Positions 1-14,363 of a DNA stretch of 64,000 nt are shown in pieces. The notes beneath the pieces were generated by a model that saw only the letters and a list, made by a program, of their open reading frames with translations, searched no databases and was not told where the DNA came from. Origin of the DNA: Paraphysomonas bandaiensis. Its lineage: Eukaryota > Protista > Chrysophyceae. The stretch's first letter is position 1. Each line of letters starts with the position of its first letter. A program made the position numbers and the translations under genes. The stretch spans positions 62,001 through 126,000 of the forward strand of contig CBFFRP010000185.1 in NCBI GenBank assembly GCA_965644295.1, given 5' to 3'.

Positions 1-114
1 GTAAAGCTCTTTATAGAGCGCTGGCATATGTAATTCAGGAATCACCGGGGAATTGTTTTTCCATCAACTTACTTGTTTTGAGTACTAAACAAAAGTGGTC
101 TATATACATTCCTG

Positions 115-3100
115 TTGTTGAGGTATGCGATAATTACACATATCTTCGACGAAATAATATTTATCGAGCAGGATCTTGAGGAACTACTTCGACTGTGGAC
201 TCTCTGCCCGCGTTATAGAAACAAGCGGTTAATTGGTAGTTGGCTTCTGAGTTGTTCGAATGTGGAATTTAGCAGTGATGTCATTGTGCGGACTGAGTTC
301 GACCACTATAGTTTCAGGGAGAAATGTATTACTGCGACGCTGGATTTGATCAACTGCATGGTGGTGAAAGTGCAGTCTGTGATTCGTATGTTTCTCGGCC
401 GAAGACGGGCGATGAAACGGTACAAATACCTTAAAAAAAAGCGCCGTCCCAAAAGAACTACTACGCTGCCCTTTTCACATGCAAACAGCCTTGTCCACGA
501 CAGCATTAGTGTGTTAACAGATATGTCAGCGACGGATTCTCTGGTTATTGGAAGCTCCCTGGATGCTCCTTCAATAGATACTGTGGAGTCACATCAGTCT
601 GAGTCTTCTAGCGGTACAAGGTCAAAACGTATCCCACTCACCGGGGCATCGAAGCGTATCATCAAACGCATCAGCGAGACCGCAAACGCATACTCTTTTC
701 ATCAGCGGCCATCCGCACAACCAAATCATCTATCTCGTAGTGGACTTCAAAGTAAGGGACTAAGTAGGGAGCACTCAACTAGTAGCCAGATATCCGAAAC
801 CCGCTCCCTTGTGGCATCTCAGCTTGAAGTCCTGCGTGATGAGATTGGTAGTGCATTGGTATCGTTTAAGAGTGAGCTAGCGTCAGTTAAGAGTGCTGTA
901 CATGCGAATCGTTCTCCTCCTGCTAGAGAGAGTAATAGTATGGAGAATACAGAACTTGCATATCTGTACGAATCCGAGATGCAGGGGGTTAAGGACATGA
1001 TGTCCGATGTTCTGAGAGAACTCAAAACGCTGCGAGAAAATAAACCTGTGACTGCAGCAAATACTCTAGCTTCCCTACGTACACCACCAGCTGTAAATAT
1101 TGGAGACGATGATATGGACATGAAGAAAATATTATGTAATATGAGTGAAATGAAAAAGCAACTTGATATGCAAGCTGAATTAAGTCAAAATATTTCTTCG
1201 AAACTTGCTGGGTACGATGAAAAGATCTTACAACTGAAAAGTACTCGAGAAAATAATCAACCCCCTTCAGCAAAACCAAGCAGTCGTCAATCAACCCCAC
1301 TTAAACGGGCTAACAGCGAATTGGAATCTGTAAAGACGGAGCTGATATATTATAAAGATAAAGTTCGAGAATTAGAATCAGCGAAGCGGACGTTGACTAA
1401 AGATTTTGAGAGGATGTCCACCACAAAGACGTCAAAGGAAAAGGAGATTCACAGAGAACTTGCAAGTACCAAAGCGATTGTTCAGCAGCTCACTGATGAA
1501 ATAGAGAAACTGAAAGCCAAGCACACTTCAGAAATAGTGCTGGCAACAAAGGACGCACAGGACAAAATAGAATCTTTGACCGAACAATGCAGCAAATTGG
1601 AGTTACGAAACAATGAGTTAGAATACTCCCTGCAATCGCATTTGGATTCTAAAGAATCTTTGGAGAGTGACTTGAAGAAGGCTAAAGATGAACTAGGGGT
1701 GATTAGGCGTCATGATGATAATACGATGTCAAAGCTGTCTTATGAAAGTGAGATCGAACGTCTGAAAAAGATTCTTGAGGAGGTGTCTTCAGATAGAGAC
1801 AGTTACAAAGAAAAGTTTGGGGAATCCTCGGCAGCAAGAATTGCAGATGATAAAGCTATGCAAGAGCTTAAAGCTATGGTAGTATCCCTTCAAATTCAGG
1901 TACTAAATCTTTATTTTTCCCTTCTTTTTTATGTCAATGTGATCAAGGTGAAAGATCAGCGCTCTGAAAATGCCGAACTCAAAGGCGTTGTAGAGAAAAT
2001 GAAAGAAAAGTGCTCGTCGTTAATATCTGCGAACGAAAGTCTTACGTCCGAGTTGACGAAGGCGCGAGACACGATTCAATTTGTGGGCGAGTTAAAGGTA
2101 TGATATGCGTACTCTCTGTGCATACATGAAAACTTTTACGTAACTATTTAATATAGCCAAAAGAGAAAGAAACGACTGACGGATATGTCCAAGAGACTCA
2201 GAAAACGAGTTCTATGGAATATGTATGTTAGATTGCATATTGTTGTACCACATAACACTGGCTTTGCGTCTGTTACATTTGTAGGTACCGGAAGCCCCAA
2301 TCGATGATAATAGATCGGGACCAAAGGTGACAACTTTCGTTCAAATTTGATTATTTCTAATCTAATATTAGGTATCTGTCGATGAGAACAAGGACATGTC
2401 CCATGAAGCCGAAGTGGAAGACACGATTCCAAGTACAGACAACTTGGAGGTATGATATGCGTACTCTCTGTGCATACATGAAAACTTTTACGTAACTATT
2501 TAATATAGCCGAAAGAGAAAGAAACGACTGACGGATATGTCCAAGAGACTCAGAAAACGAGTTCTATGGAATATGTACGTTAGATTGCATATTGTTGTAC
2601 CACATATAACACTTGCTTTGCGTCTGTTACATTTGTAGGTACTGGAAGCCCCAATCGATGATAATAGATCGGGACCAAAGGTGACAACTTTCGTTCAAAT
2701 TTGATTATTTCTAATCTAATATTAGGTATCTGTCGATGAGAACAAGGACATGTCCCATGAAGCCGAAGTGGAAGACACGATTCCAAGTACAGACAACTTG
2801 GAGGTATGATATGCGCACTCTCTGTGCATACATGAAAACTTTTACGTAACTATTTAATATAGCCAAAAGAGAAAGAAACGACAGACGGATATGTCCAAGA
2901 GACTCAGAAAACGAGTTCTATGGAATATGTACGTTAGATTGCATATTGTTGTACCACATAACACTTGCTTTGCGTCTGTTACATTTGTAGGTACTGGAAG
3001 CCCCAATCGATGATAATAGATCGGGACCAAAGGTGACAACTTTCGTTCAAATTTGATTATTTCTAATCTAATATTAGGTATCTGTCGATGAGAACAAGGA

Positions 3101-5825
3101 CATGTCATCGTATAACGTAGAGGTTGTCAAATTATTGAAAGTTATTGAGCATACTCGAGACCCTTCAGTGATACAGGAATGCTTAAGGTCATCACTCAAA
3201 TTCAAGAGTAGTGCGCTAGCGATTAAAACACTTGCTCGTATACACTCCATTATTGCTAGCGTCGCCGGATCCAGACCAGATGCATTCGATGTTGTGGTCT
3301 CTCAACTTTTCCCTGATTTTCGTTCTATATGCTATGTGATGGGCGAATTCTCAGGAATATATGCTGTACAACACCATGGTGTAGAATTATGTGAAAGTAT
3401 TTTAATGTCGGCGTCGTCGCTTGATTGTTCTGAGCAGATGGCAAATGCCGGTGTGCTCACTTCAATGACAAATGTATTAGTTAAATCTGCGAATGACGTA
3501 GAATTATGTATCCGGGCAGCGAAATGCTTGTGCCATATCATTTTAAAGGCTCCTGACTGTAAATTCCGTATACCCATAGCTCCATTCTGCTCATCCTTGG
3601 ACGAACTTCTACACCAACATAGTGGCAATCCGGCATTTTGTACACAAATATCACAACTCGTAGTGGTCATGTCCGCAGACTCGCATGCAGTAATTAGTGC
3701 TATGGGGGAAGCAGGCATTGGTGGTGGGCTTATGAGATGTCTTCAAGCCTGTATGGAAAATGAAGTTGCGTCTATTCATCTGTCACGAGCAGTATTAGGA
3801 CTTATCTCGCACGGCCATGATGCGAATAGGGAGAGAATAGGAACGTCTGAAAATTTTTCTATTGCAATAGCAGCTCTTCGTAGGAATAGATCAGATGTAG
3901 CCGCTTTCAAACAAATAGGGCTACTTATAATTGGCATTGGAGGGAATCGTAGCGATATACTACGCCGGATTCCAATTGAACAGTTTGTACAAACAATCGG
4001 GGAAGTGTTTTCTGAGGACCCACCGGCAAGAAAGGTGCTGAAATCAGCTGTGACCATCGTATATTGTGTCGCTGTGTGCCAATCGCTTAGGAAGCCGATG
4101 ATTGACAACGGATTACTAACGCAATTGGAGAAGTTGGAATACAAAATCCCAAGTAAGTCATTTTGTAAAGCCAGCAGAGCTGCCCGCGCACGGGTCGCTG
4201 GCGAGAACACTGATATGATCATGAGAATTAATTCTTCAGCATCTTCAGTTTCTGAGTTTGACTCCGACTCGGAAAAAAAAATCGTATCTCCTCGTTCTTT
4301 GGGAAAACTCCAATCCCTATCTGAAATTCGTGCTGAAAATTCTTCAAGAAGCTTGGTTGACGTTGAGGAAAAAGAGTGTGCATCTAGCCCAGTGCACGGC
4401 AGTGTTAATAACGATGACAAAATCAATCGTCAACAAAGTGCGACCTCACCGCTGAATGATATATTCAGTTCTATCATGCCAATTAAAGATTTATCCCCTG
4501 ATGAAGAGAGGAAACTGCGTAGAGATATAGGAAAGACGTCCAAAAATGTTAATAAGGAAGAAGCACTCAAAACGATTCAGAATGCCGTACAGCATTTTCT
4601 GATCAAAAAACGCAACAAAAAATTTGCTCGTACTGCTGGGATACGCCTTGCCACATTTTTACAATCTGTTGAGAATACCAGTAATGATGAAATCTTAATA
4701 GAAGCTATGAAAACGGCATTGGAAGTTTCAAGTACTGAACTCGCTTTAAAGGCTATGAAGCGTATTGAAGTCTGTATCAAGGAGGCAAAACGCGCTCAGA
4801 AGCATTCCCCTGTAGCTGCAGAGTTAATTCGACATCCTACAGTTCTCTTGAGTTTCTTGCGTGGTTTCATCAACGATGGTGAAGTCCAGCGTTACGGTGT
4901 CAAAGTGTTGACTGGGTTAACGTACGCGAGTGGTGGCAACGATATTCTCGGAAAAGCTGGTACCTTTCCGTTTTTGTATTTCCTGCTTGGAAAGTTTATT
5001 GAAAATGAAGATGTGTGCCGCATGGGTATTGAACTTGCTATTCGGCTGACAGCAAAGAGCGTATCGAATAGACTTCGTGCTGGACGACGAAATGGGTTTT
5101 CGTTTGTAATCAATGTACTTAAATCACATATTGATAATGTGATAATAGTAGAGAGAAGCTGCCGATATATATGCGGTTGTATCGATAGTGTTCCACAGAA
5201 TCAAGATCTTTTCAGAGATGCCGGTGGCTGCGAAATTCTGCTACAATTATTCATGAAGCACTGCGACAAGATTGCTTCGATCAATCATATTTCTATGACC
5301 ATCATAAACCTTTGTTCTCAGAATAATGTCAAGAATCAGGAGTTTTTCGCTTCTGAAGATTACGTAAGCATGTACTTAAATGTTTTGGTGAAAAGTTCAA
5401 CCAATGATAAGATATACAAGTCAATGTGTATGATGGTATTCGGTCTTCTTACATTTCCTGATGTTTCTGTTCCTCAGCTGGCGAAATGTGACCTTCCTGC
5501 AAAAATTATTTCTATACTTGAATCGAAGATGTCATTGCCTGTTGAAGAAACGAAGGATGTTGTCCGCTCTACAGCGATACTTCTTCAATCTGTATGTAGT
5601 CATGATACTCTTAGAGAACAATTTGCGAGAACTAGTATCGTTGATATATTGACATCTTTGAAGAGTAGTGACTATGATAAGAGCACTCGTCGGAACACTG
5701 AAGTAGCTATAAATAGGATAAAAGGGAAAGATAAAGACCTTAGGTCCTCCAGTGAATTGAGATCCGAATCCATCACGAATCGAAGAACCCTAGTGAAGAA
5801 CTCTGAGTCCACTGAGTTAGTTTAG
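115..5825 (+). CDS. Large multi-exon protein: IQ-like motif, Ser-rich region, long coiled coil, triplicated acidic cassette, then two armadillo/HEAT-like repeat blocks with a second IQ-like motif. The 5' end is uncertain and may lie upstream of the window.
   Basis: ORFs 115..2103 and 3102..5825 join in frame through phase-0 GT-AG introns (donor at 2098; exons 2157-2222, 2285-2326, 2372-2449 and their copies). IQ-like motifs are VQSVIRMFLGRRR and IQNAVQHFLIKKR. The C-terminal part has helical ARM-like repeats. Confidence 0.75.
2098..3106 (+). repeat. Tandem triplication of a ~352 bp unit containing 3 introns and 3 exons
   Basis: Units start at 2098, 2450 and 2804 (GTATGATATGCG...). They are near identical apart from a few SNPs and a 2-nt intronic indel. 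The third copy runs into the ARM exon. Confidence 0.95.
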
Positions 5826-6807
5826 GGCAGTATGGTATATAATCGGAGGTGTTCCTTTGCTTTCGAAAGTTAGACTTAGTGTAGTCTTTATGGGTGGTAT
5901 ATATAAACTAAAACTATTGTTGTAGACATAGTTGTTCTATTATAACTATAAAGCTATATATGTTGCGAAATTTTGGAGAATGTTGTGTTCGGATGAAAAT
6001 TTATCGATACCTGTGAATAAATTCCACTGCTCTGATACCAGATACTGTTACTTAGCAGCTTGGTAGAGTTTTGTTAATGTATGCTACTTAAAACATACAT
6101 GTGTAAATTATGGTATGACGAAATAGATTGCGTAGAAAAGAACTGAGTCCGAAACTCGTTTTTTGTAGATGAAGGAGTGCTGGCAATGTTCAATGTTCTG
6201 ACCTGACAGAGTTTGATAGGGTGGACATGCGTTTGGGTGTCTTACATAGAGTAGTATTGAAATACTTTTTCCTCCTAAGATAGTAGTGGTGAATGTTTTA
6301 TTATTAGCAATATGCGTGTATGAGTCAGGAACTAATGTAGCAAAACAATTTAACTAGCTAGTTCTTAACTCTGATAAATTGCTTTGCTACTTGCTACACC
6401 GCGCTGAAAAAGCACAGATGCAATGCTTTTGATAAACGATGTACCTGCACACGAAGGTAAACTCGATGAAGAGATAGTTGATGATTAGGAAGTCGAGGGC
6501 ATTCGTTTACATAAAGAAAACCAAAAACGCAAGAAAGCACGCATCAAACTGCCAACACGATATTGTTGCATGAAGCATTTGTATAGCACTATCAATGTGG
6601 TGAGAGGTTGTTTAGCATAGCTAGGATTTTCGCAAGCGAAAGATACCCAGACACCGTGAAATGTTGTTGTTTCAGCGTGAAAATTATAGTTCAAAAACTT
6701 TTTTAGTAATAGATTGAAGGCAATTATTGAATGCTTGATTAATAATTGCAATTATTATTGTTGGAATCAGCCACCAATAAACTGTCAATTACTTGTTACG
6801 CAAGCCT

Positions 6808-6905
6808 ATTAACTCTGATATTCCTATATGGCGCTACAAAAGTTGCTTGTCCGTCACCACAAGCACCAAGGTGTAACCACTTTCGCTCTATCACTCAAAG
6901 AAAAC
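6808..6905 (+). repeat. Dispersed repeat family R1, module A fragment
   Basis: GCTACAAAAGTTGCTTGTCCGTCACCACAAGCACCAAGGTGTAACCACTTTCGCTCTATCACTCAAAG matches copies at 26.1-26.7, 28.2, 34.0, 44.65 and 61.7 kb. Confidence 0.85.
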
Positions 6906-7239
6906 CCGTTACAACTACGTGTTGGTTTCACCTATTGCACACTATGAACACACTTAAATTGCACAATATATATTATACATCGTATCACACAGTTATAGCG
7001 ATAGTATACTTCGCAGTTGTGATGCGTATACTTACGATAATAAACGAATCCAAATGAAGTTGCAGAAATAACTTCCCTACCATATCTTATGCATCGAGTA
7101 AGACCTCGTCCGATAGCGTATAAAATGTCTAGTGAGTATGTCAATGTATATATCATTCTGGGATAAAAACTTCTCGATTACTGTTAGTGCAAAATTGAAA
7201 ATTCTGTTTCGACAGCTTTTACAACAGACAACTTAGTAA

Positions 7240-10200
7240 TTAAAACTTCAAAATCATTTGCACCATATCTTCGAAGGAACCAGTCGTTATCAAATTCTGC
7301 AGACTTGGTATGCCGCTACGGACATCGCGACCACGCATTTTGTGCCAATCCACAAATAAATCCGTTATCAATCCTGTCAAGCGTTCCAGCGATTTCGTCC
7401 GCTGTGAATACTCCTTGCTGCTCATAAGGTTAGTAGAGAATGTAATAAGTAAAATCCCTACCGAATCTTATCTTCGTCACGCAGAATTTCCGCGTACTCA
7501 GGAGATAACCACCTACAGCATATGATTTCATTACAAATGCCCTACAAAATATCAACAAAACCTTAAATCAGACTCCTGCATTGTAATTTCTTGTATAGCT
7601 TCAATCAATGTCATCTTCCGTGACAACGAAAGTTGGTGTTCTAGACGTGCACGTATCTACGACACTTATTGAGTCAAAGGAGTAAACCTCTAGACGTACC
7701 AGTGACAGGAAAGAAAACACGGAGTCAGGGTTTGTAGTTGACTGGTCATCTAATTGAAATCGGCGTGCAGTTGCTAATCGCAAAACATTTTCCTGGTACA
7801 AATTGAATACATCGACACAAAAGTAATTCTAGCCAACCTTCACAATCGCTATCGTGGACACATTCTCACACTCAATTACAAGCTGTTTGCACAAGTAAGA
7901 CAAAATATAAAACGATCAAAACAATACCCCGTTCTTTTTAATCCTCACTATTGCTACAGCCCCAGTGAACACATTGCGAAAAAAGTAACTGGCGAACTTC
8001 TGTTAAAATTCAAGGAGAAACAGCAGCTTCGGAACTTACTTTTCCCCGGTCGAGCTCTCGTCTATCCTGGACGGAACTTCAGGAAATATTGTTGTTATCC
8101 ACTCGTGCAAAATAGACAGCGAAACAGATCCTAGTTTCTGTTAACAAACGATATGCAGTTGAAATCCAACAGTACCTGTAAATTGAATTACGTTCCGTGG
8201 ACGGCGCATCTCTTCCTCGGTCAACGTATGCACTCTCGTCTGTAGTGATAATGGCTTCATGGGGTATCGAATAATCTAGCCCATAGTTCAGTGGACAAAT
8301 AACAATAACGCAATAGCAACCTTTGCAGACTTGGGCTCAGTTGCTGACACCACAGTGACAAGCAAGTCTCCAAATTCACCTTCAGTTGTTCTGATAAAAA
8401 CATTTAAACGGCGCTCTTGGCTTTGGCATCTATGGAGACGGTGAGTACGAATACAGCATTTTCTAAGCATCATCACCTGTAAGTTGCAACGAAACGATAG
8501 TCCTGTCCACCATCTTGAGATGGAGATATAAGGGTCTGTGGCGTAACTGAAACCACAGCCGAACCAACGTCTAATGAGCAGACAATGAGTGAAAACACAA
8601 AAGCTTACAATTTCTTACCAGTGTCAATTAGATCAAGCTGCACTGGAGATCGCAGCACAACCAGGTCTATCGGGGACTACGCACAAACTCAGTCCACGTG
8701 TATTTTAGTCATATCACTGCACACCTGAATTTCAACAGTGAGACAATATGCGGCTTCGTCGGTATTAAGTGTGAATTTGGAGTTAATCGGGAAGTCAATA
8801 AATGCGGCACGGGAATGATCTTGTGTGCTTTGAGAGAACTTTTGCTGAGCTAGGCGATATTTACTCTTTTCTTTATCAACCTGTATTGTCATAACGTATT
8901 AAACATGTACAATAGTCAGCAATCATTACCTTTCCCTTCAGCACGTCTATTTCTTTTTTCAGGTGCTTGATTCGATTTTCGTTATTTACCGTCTGCACAG
9001 ACCGGCCATATGTATCATCCTACTGTGCAGTCAAAATACTTAACAAGATATGAAGGTAATACCGGAGCTCGTTGATGAGTAGGCTCAGAAGTGAATGACG
9101 TAATTCTTCCAGAGTATCCAGCAACAACAACCTTTAAAAAAAGGGTTACCACTCAAATTGATATTATCGGTGCTGGAACCTCGTTAAAAGTGGATGAATT
9201 AACTTTTCCAGCTTCGATGGAGCGGATACTCTCACCTAATAATAACTTAAATCGTGAATAACAAATCATACCGTATGCATACTCACCAAGGTCCCTTGCA
9301 AATGACTTGACAGGATGTGGCGATATCGAGCTTTGTGTAAAAATTTCAAGTCGTCCATCATCTCTTGCAACGATGATTTCTTGATTGCCATCTTGAGTGA
9401 CATCAAATGCCTTCATGCACGTAATCGAAGTCTTACGGTCATCTTGTACTGACCAAAGGCACCTATTCTCGTTACCATCTACCAAAACATTAGAAAACTG
9501 TCCAGTATCACAACCATAAAGAAGTGACGCAGAACCCCTGTACATTTTCGATTCGTCACCGTGCATAGAGCAAATCGCAGTTACAGGAGCGGGAGTGGCT
9601 ATTTCTATGGCGAGGTCCGACCCACTAATAATGCGTACACAATTGTCCTGACACCCTAATACCGCGTCATAATCTGTTTGACGTACAATATATTCCATCT
9701 GCATGGAGTGTATCTGGTCATGACACATATAGAATCCCACATCTGCTCCATTTTCGTACACACTATATATGTATTCACAGGCAGTCCATATCTTTGTATC
9801 CTCTACTTGAAGGTGATTAATGGGCTCTGTTAAAGAAGATGTTAGTTTAAAAAATTCTTTGCCTTTCTTTGTGAAGCCCAGCACTCTCTGTCCATGGCTC
9901 GCAAATATCTAAAAAATCAGTGACTAAACCCAGAAGACCCGAAACAATATAGTTTGAACCTTATCTTTCTTTGTATGAATGCCTCCCACGGTAACCGCTG
10001 ACACAGGCCCATCGAAGAAACAACCGCTGAAGCACACCTGACAATATTATGGTATCACACTGCACACTGACAGGCTGATAAGACCCACCACTGGCTCGCC
10101 CTTCTTGAACTCATAGCAGCCTAGAGTACCCGTATCATCTCCAGTGCATATCTTTTGCTATATATCCATTGACTATGAGTAACAGCACAGCACAGCACGG

Positions 10201-10314
10201 ATAATACACGATCTCTACCTTCTTTTTTTTCCCGAGAGGGAGCAGCTTCACAGTCCCTCGACACGAGATGGGGTCGATCTGAAGCAGGTCAGCTCTTTCA
10301 AACTCAAGATCCAT
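7240..10314 (-). CDS. BBS7: Bardet-Biedl syndrome 7 protein (BBSome subunit), multi-exon
   Basis: The N-terminus MDLEFERADLLQIDPISCRGTVKLLP, the beta-propeller exon (GFTKKGKEFFKLTSSLTEPI...DAVLGCQDNCVRII) and the C-terminus LERLTGLITDLFVDWHKMRG all resemble BBS7. There are many short GT-AG introns. Confidence 0.9.
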
Positions 10315-10959
10315 GAGACTGAGGGTTCAACGGTTAGCTGTGCAGTCTACTATCAGGTCAGCCTTTATAAGCACAACAAACTCTTTTGAATTGAGTGCTG
10401 CTCTCGATCTCCAGCACCTTCATAACATGCAGCAGTTCACGTGTACATATATACACACGTAGACTATACAGAGCTCAGAGTACACACCTCTGTAGGCTGC
10501 TGTATATTAGAACAGACTACAATAGTGCTCCTGCTGATGTCTAGATATGCATCTCGGTCGTTTTCTTTATGAGATATATACGTATACCGTATTCTGTTGT
10601 ATATACAATGGCAGTTGTAACTGGTATACAACTGTATACCGGTATACCACTTCCCTGCTGAGAGTGAAACTTCCTCATTCACGTAGGATTCCTACTAAGT
10701 ATACAGCAGTATACGTATATATATATACGTACCTACCTATACGCACATATATATGGCTGTATGTGTATGTGTATGTTGACATCGTTACTCTCGCTCTCCA
10801 TTAACACCAACACAACAGTGCGAGCATCATCACCTCACAATGCGCACACACACCGCTCCATCATATTTATCTCATCTCATTTAAAGGTCTGTCTAGTAGT
10901 TGGCCCCGTCAATCGAGTCAGTGTGTGGTGTTGTGCGGTAGATATATATATAAGTAACG

Positions 10960-13900
10960 ATGTTTGGTCCAGTGGGATCCAAGAAGCAGATGCTGGAGAA
11001 TTACCGGCGCAGTGAGAGCACAGGGTCGCCTATTCAGGAGATAGTCCGGCAGGATAGTTCAAAAGTGTCGTATGATTCAGACGATCAGTCGTCAGTGTCC
11101 AGCAGACGGCGTGCTAAAAGAAATCACGTCAGTTCGGTGAGAAATCATCACGAATTGGGTCGTATTTTGCGAGAGGACACTATTGCTGGTTCTGCTGTGA
11201 GAAAGGTTGCGAATGCAGCCGTTCGATTTGTTAAAGAGCGAGACTATGTTCTCATATCAGCATTTGAGACCAGCGCGCTTGATTATAAAAACTTTAGAAT
11301 ATTACTAAAGCGAATGTTTCGTTTAGATTTCACAGACCAGGAGTTCGTGGAAGTATGTGCAATGTTTGACTCAAATGATGATAAAGAAGTTGATGGATCT
11401 GAGTTTATTGTTGTATTTACGATACTATCCAATCTAATGAAGGATGAAACTAGAAGAAAGCAACGTGAACGAAAAGAACGGGATGCTAAAGCATTTCGAG
11501 AGTTAGCGGAGGCCAAAATGAGAAAGAAAAATGCTGCTGCGGAGCAGGTGGTTGATTACGATTTCACTGAGTCTGAGCAACGTAGTGCCCTAAAGAAGAT
11601 TCACCGCGCGGCTGCGAAGTACGATAGGACGCACCATTCCGCAAGGAGTTTAAAAGCCTTTGAAACCAGCACATTGTCACCAATTGACTTTCGGGATAGC
11701 ATAAAGGGTGCGTTCGATGTTTCTGTCACTCCACAAGAACTGGGGGCGCTGGTCATGCATTATAACAACGGTTTGTTTTCGTGTACTAATTTTTCTGTTT
11801 TTGACAATTTTCTAGGAGAGCCAGGCTCCGTGCCCTGCAATGATTTTCTGGTGTCTTTTTTAAGATATGGGTATGAGTATCGAATGCAACACCGTTCAGC
11901 TCAAATTGTCGAAACCCGAACTGCTGAAGAAAAATTGCAACGAGAACATCAGAAAAAAGTTCTATATCAGCTAGAAAGTCTTGAAGAAGTGGGAGTAAAT
12001 TTTGATTTTAGTTCCGAAGAAAGGGCTAGTATGTTAGAAAAGATCAAGGAGGCCGCTGGAAAGTACGACAAAAATCACCCAGCAGCTGTAAGCTTATCTG
12101 GGTTTGATGCGAAGTATTTGTCTCCTGGAGCTTTTCGTCTTACCTTGAAGCGCACGTTTCATATCGATCTCACTGACGGAGAACTCGGCGCTCTGGTGAA
12201 AATGTTTGACAGGGCGAACAATAATACTGTGTGTAACCATGATTTCCTTGTTCATTTCACCCGAGTAGGGTACCAAGTTCGAAGTGAGAAGCGGTCTAAA
12301 CAAATTAAAAAAGAACGAAGTAATCAACAAAAGGAACAAGAGGACCACGAGAAGAAAATTCTTGCTGAATGGAAGCGCGATAACTTACAGTTTGACCCTG
12401 AATGCTATACACCTAAGGATGAAAAGAGTGCCATGATGAAACTGAAGCGTGAAGCGGAGCGATACCACTCTGAGCACGTCTCTGCTCCTGATCTCAGTCT
12501 ATTTAATGGCGCTGACATGAGTATTGCCGAATTTAGAGAAATGGTTAGGCGTCAAATGGGTGTGTTGTTTACGTATCCTGAACTTGCAGCGTTGTTGCCG
12601 TTAATTGGGTCAAGATCAAAACCGAATATGATTAGTACTGCTGAGTTTATGAATAAGTTTAAAGCGATGGGGTGGAAGGAGCGTCAGCGACGAAGAACGA
12701 AACAGTTAAAGCTAATTGCTGAAAGGGAAGAGCAGCGAAAGCTTGAAGTGGAGAAAAGGCGGGAGAAATTGACGAAAATGTTGAATGAAGCCATCGATTA
12801 CGACTATTCTCAGTCTGACATGGACTCAGCTGTGTCGAAAATGACACAAGCAGCGTATAAATATGATAAAAATCACCCCGGTTCGAACAGTTTAGATGCC
12901 TTCATGGGTAGCAGCATGGACCCTGGAGTTTTCAGCCGGATGGTCAAGCATACATTTAATGTTAACTTGACGGGAAAGGAACTTGGAGCTATAATAAGTA
13001 TATATGATGCGGATGGCGATGGTCACATCGATAGTGCAGAATTTCTTAGCAATTTTTTTTTCATGCAAAGGGAATGTAGAAATGCTGTTCGAACTGCTCG
13101 GTTAGAAAAGATTAAGCAGAAAGAAGAGGAGGCAGAGCTGCGAGAGAGAGAAATGGTAAGTGCCTTTGGCCGAATAATAGTAGGTTGTTTCACGGGTATT
13201 TCTAGGAGCGGCAACAGCAGATGCGAATTTCGCGAAAACTTGAACACAATACGGCAGATGAGGAGAGACTGATGGCAAAACTAATTGAAGTCGGAAAAAA
13301 GTTTGCTATTGACAAGTAAGTATATTTTTTGTAATTCGTTATTAATATGCGTACGTAGTGCTTCTTACCTAGAGCCTATTAAAGTATTTAAAGGCCCTGC
13401 GATGACTGCGGCTGCTTTTCAGAGTACCTTTTTTAGGATATTTCTGATGAAGCTATCATTTCCTGAGGTTAGTCTACGCTGTCGAATATACTATATTGTA
13501 ATTATTAACAGATCGGCGCGTTGATGCAAGCTGTCAATTCCAGAATGTATGAACTGCATGTGATGGACGGGAATGGTTTCATTAAAACTTTACAGAAATT
13601 GGGAAGGTGCTGTGAACAAGTATTGTTGGGTAAACTTGATGAGAAAACCATCACATATGACACACTCGCTATACCTGATTCGAAGAGCATGCCATCACGC
13701 AGTGGATCCCCAATATCTGATGGTTCTCGGTCTCCTTTACCCTCAATTATGAGACAGCGTTCGCGAACTGCCCCTCGTCTAGGCAGAGAAGAACTGTTTA
13801 AACGCTCACCTTCGTCAGAAATAAGTTTAGGAGATAGATCGGTGACCAGAGGTGTAGGATCAGACGACACATTTATTTTTTCACGCGAAGGGTTTTACGA

Positions 13901-14363
13901 CAGTACGGACATATTCGAAAATGATACTGCTTCGAAAAATACGACCAGTGATCCTTATACACCATATTTGTGCAGAAGTATATCAAGTTTTGATTGGGAT
14001 GGTCCTGATTTATTTGCGAGGTCGTATTCCAGCCAGAGGAGTTTATCTAGATCGTTTTCCAGGAATGACTCCCTGCCTGTGGAAAACAGTATGTGCAGAT
14101 CTTCATCTTCACTGTCCAACTATTTGCGTTCAGATTCCACTGCAGATTCTGTCGTCTCTGATGTTACAATGTTTAGTCCAATCAAAACCGCTGTTCCTTC
14201 TTCTCAGCGTTTAAATTCTAGTATGCCAACTGTGACCGAAAATAAACCACCTTCCATGCTAACATCCTTACTTGGAGATAATCCGTGGTCTAATGCGGAT
14301 ACACAACGGGGACGTGGTAAAGCAGAGAAAGTTACCCTCGAAAATTTGTCACCAAAAAAATAA
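10960..14363 (+). CDS. EF-hand-containing internal-repeat protein with Ser-rich C-terminal tail, multi-exon
   Basis: EF loops DSNDDKEVDGSEF and DADGDGHIDSAEF. A ~140-150 aa unit recurs (AAKYD..H...SL.AF...F...LT..ELGAL) separated by charged helices. Introns lie near 11771-11815, 13156, 13315 and 13468. Confidence 0.8.

Noticed and set aside
2098-3106. CRISPR-like or other spacer array
   Set aside because: These are whole-unit tandem duplicates with no unique spacers. They are explained as duplicated exons and introns.
2148-3108. Three similar minus-strand ORFs (MESCLPLRL...)
   Set aside because: They are antisense shadows of the triplicated cassette. The plus strand has canonical splice sites and phase-0 exons.
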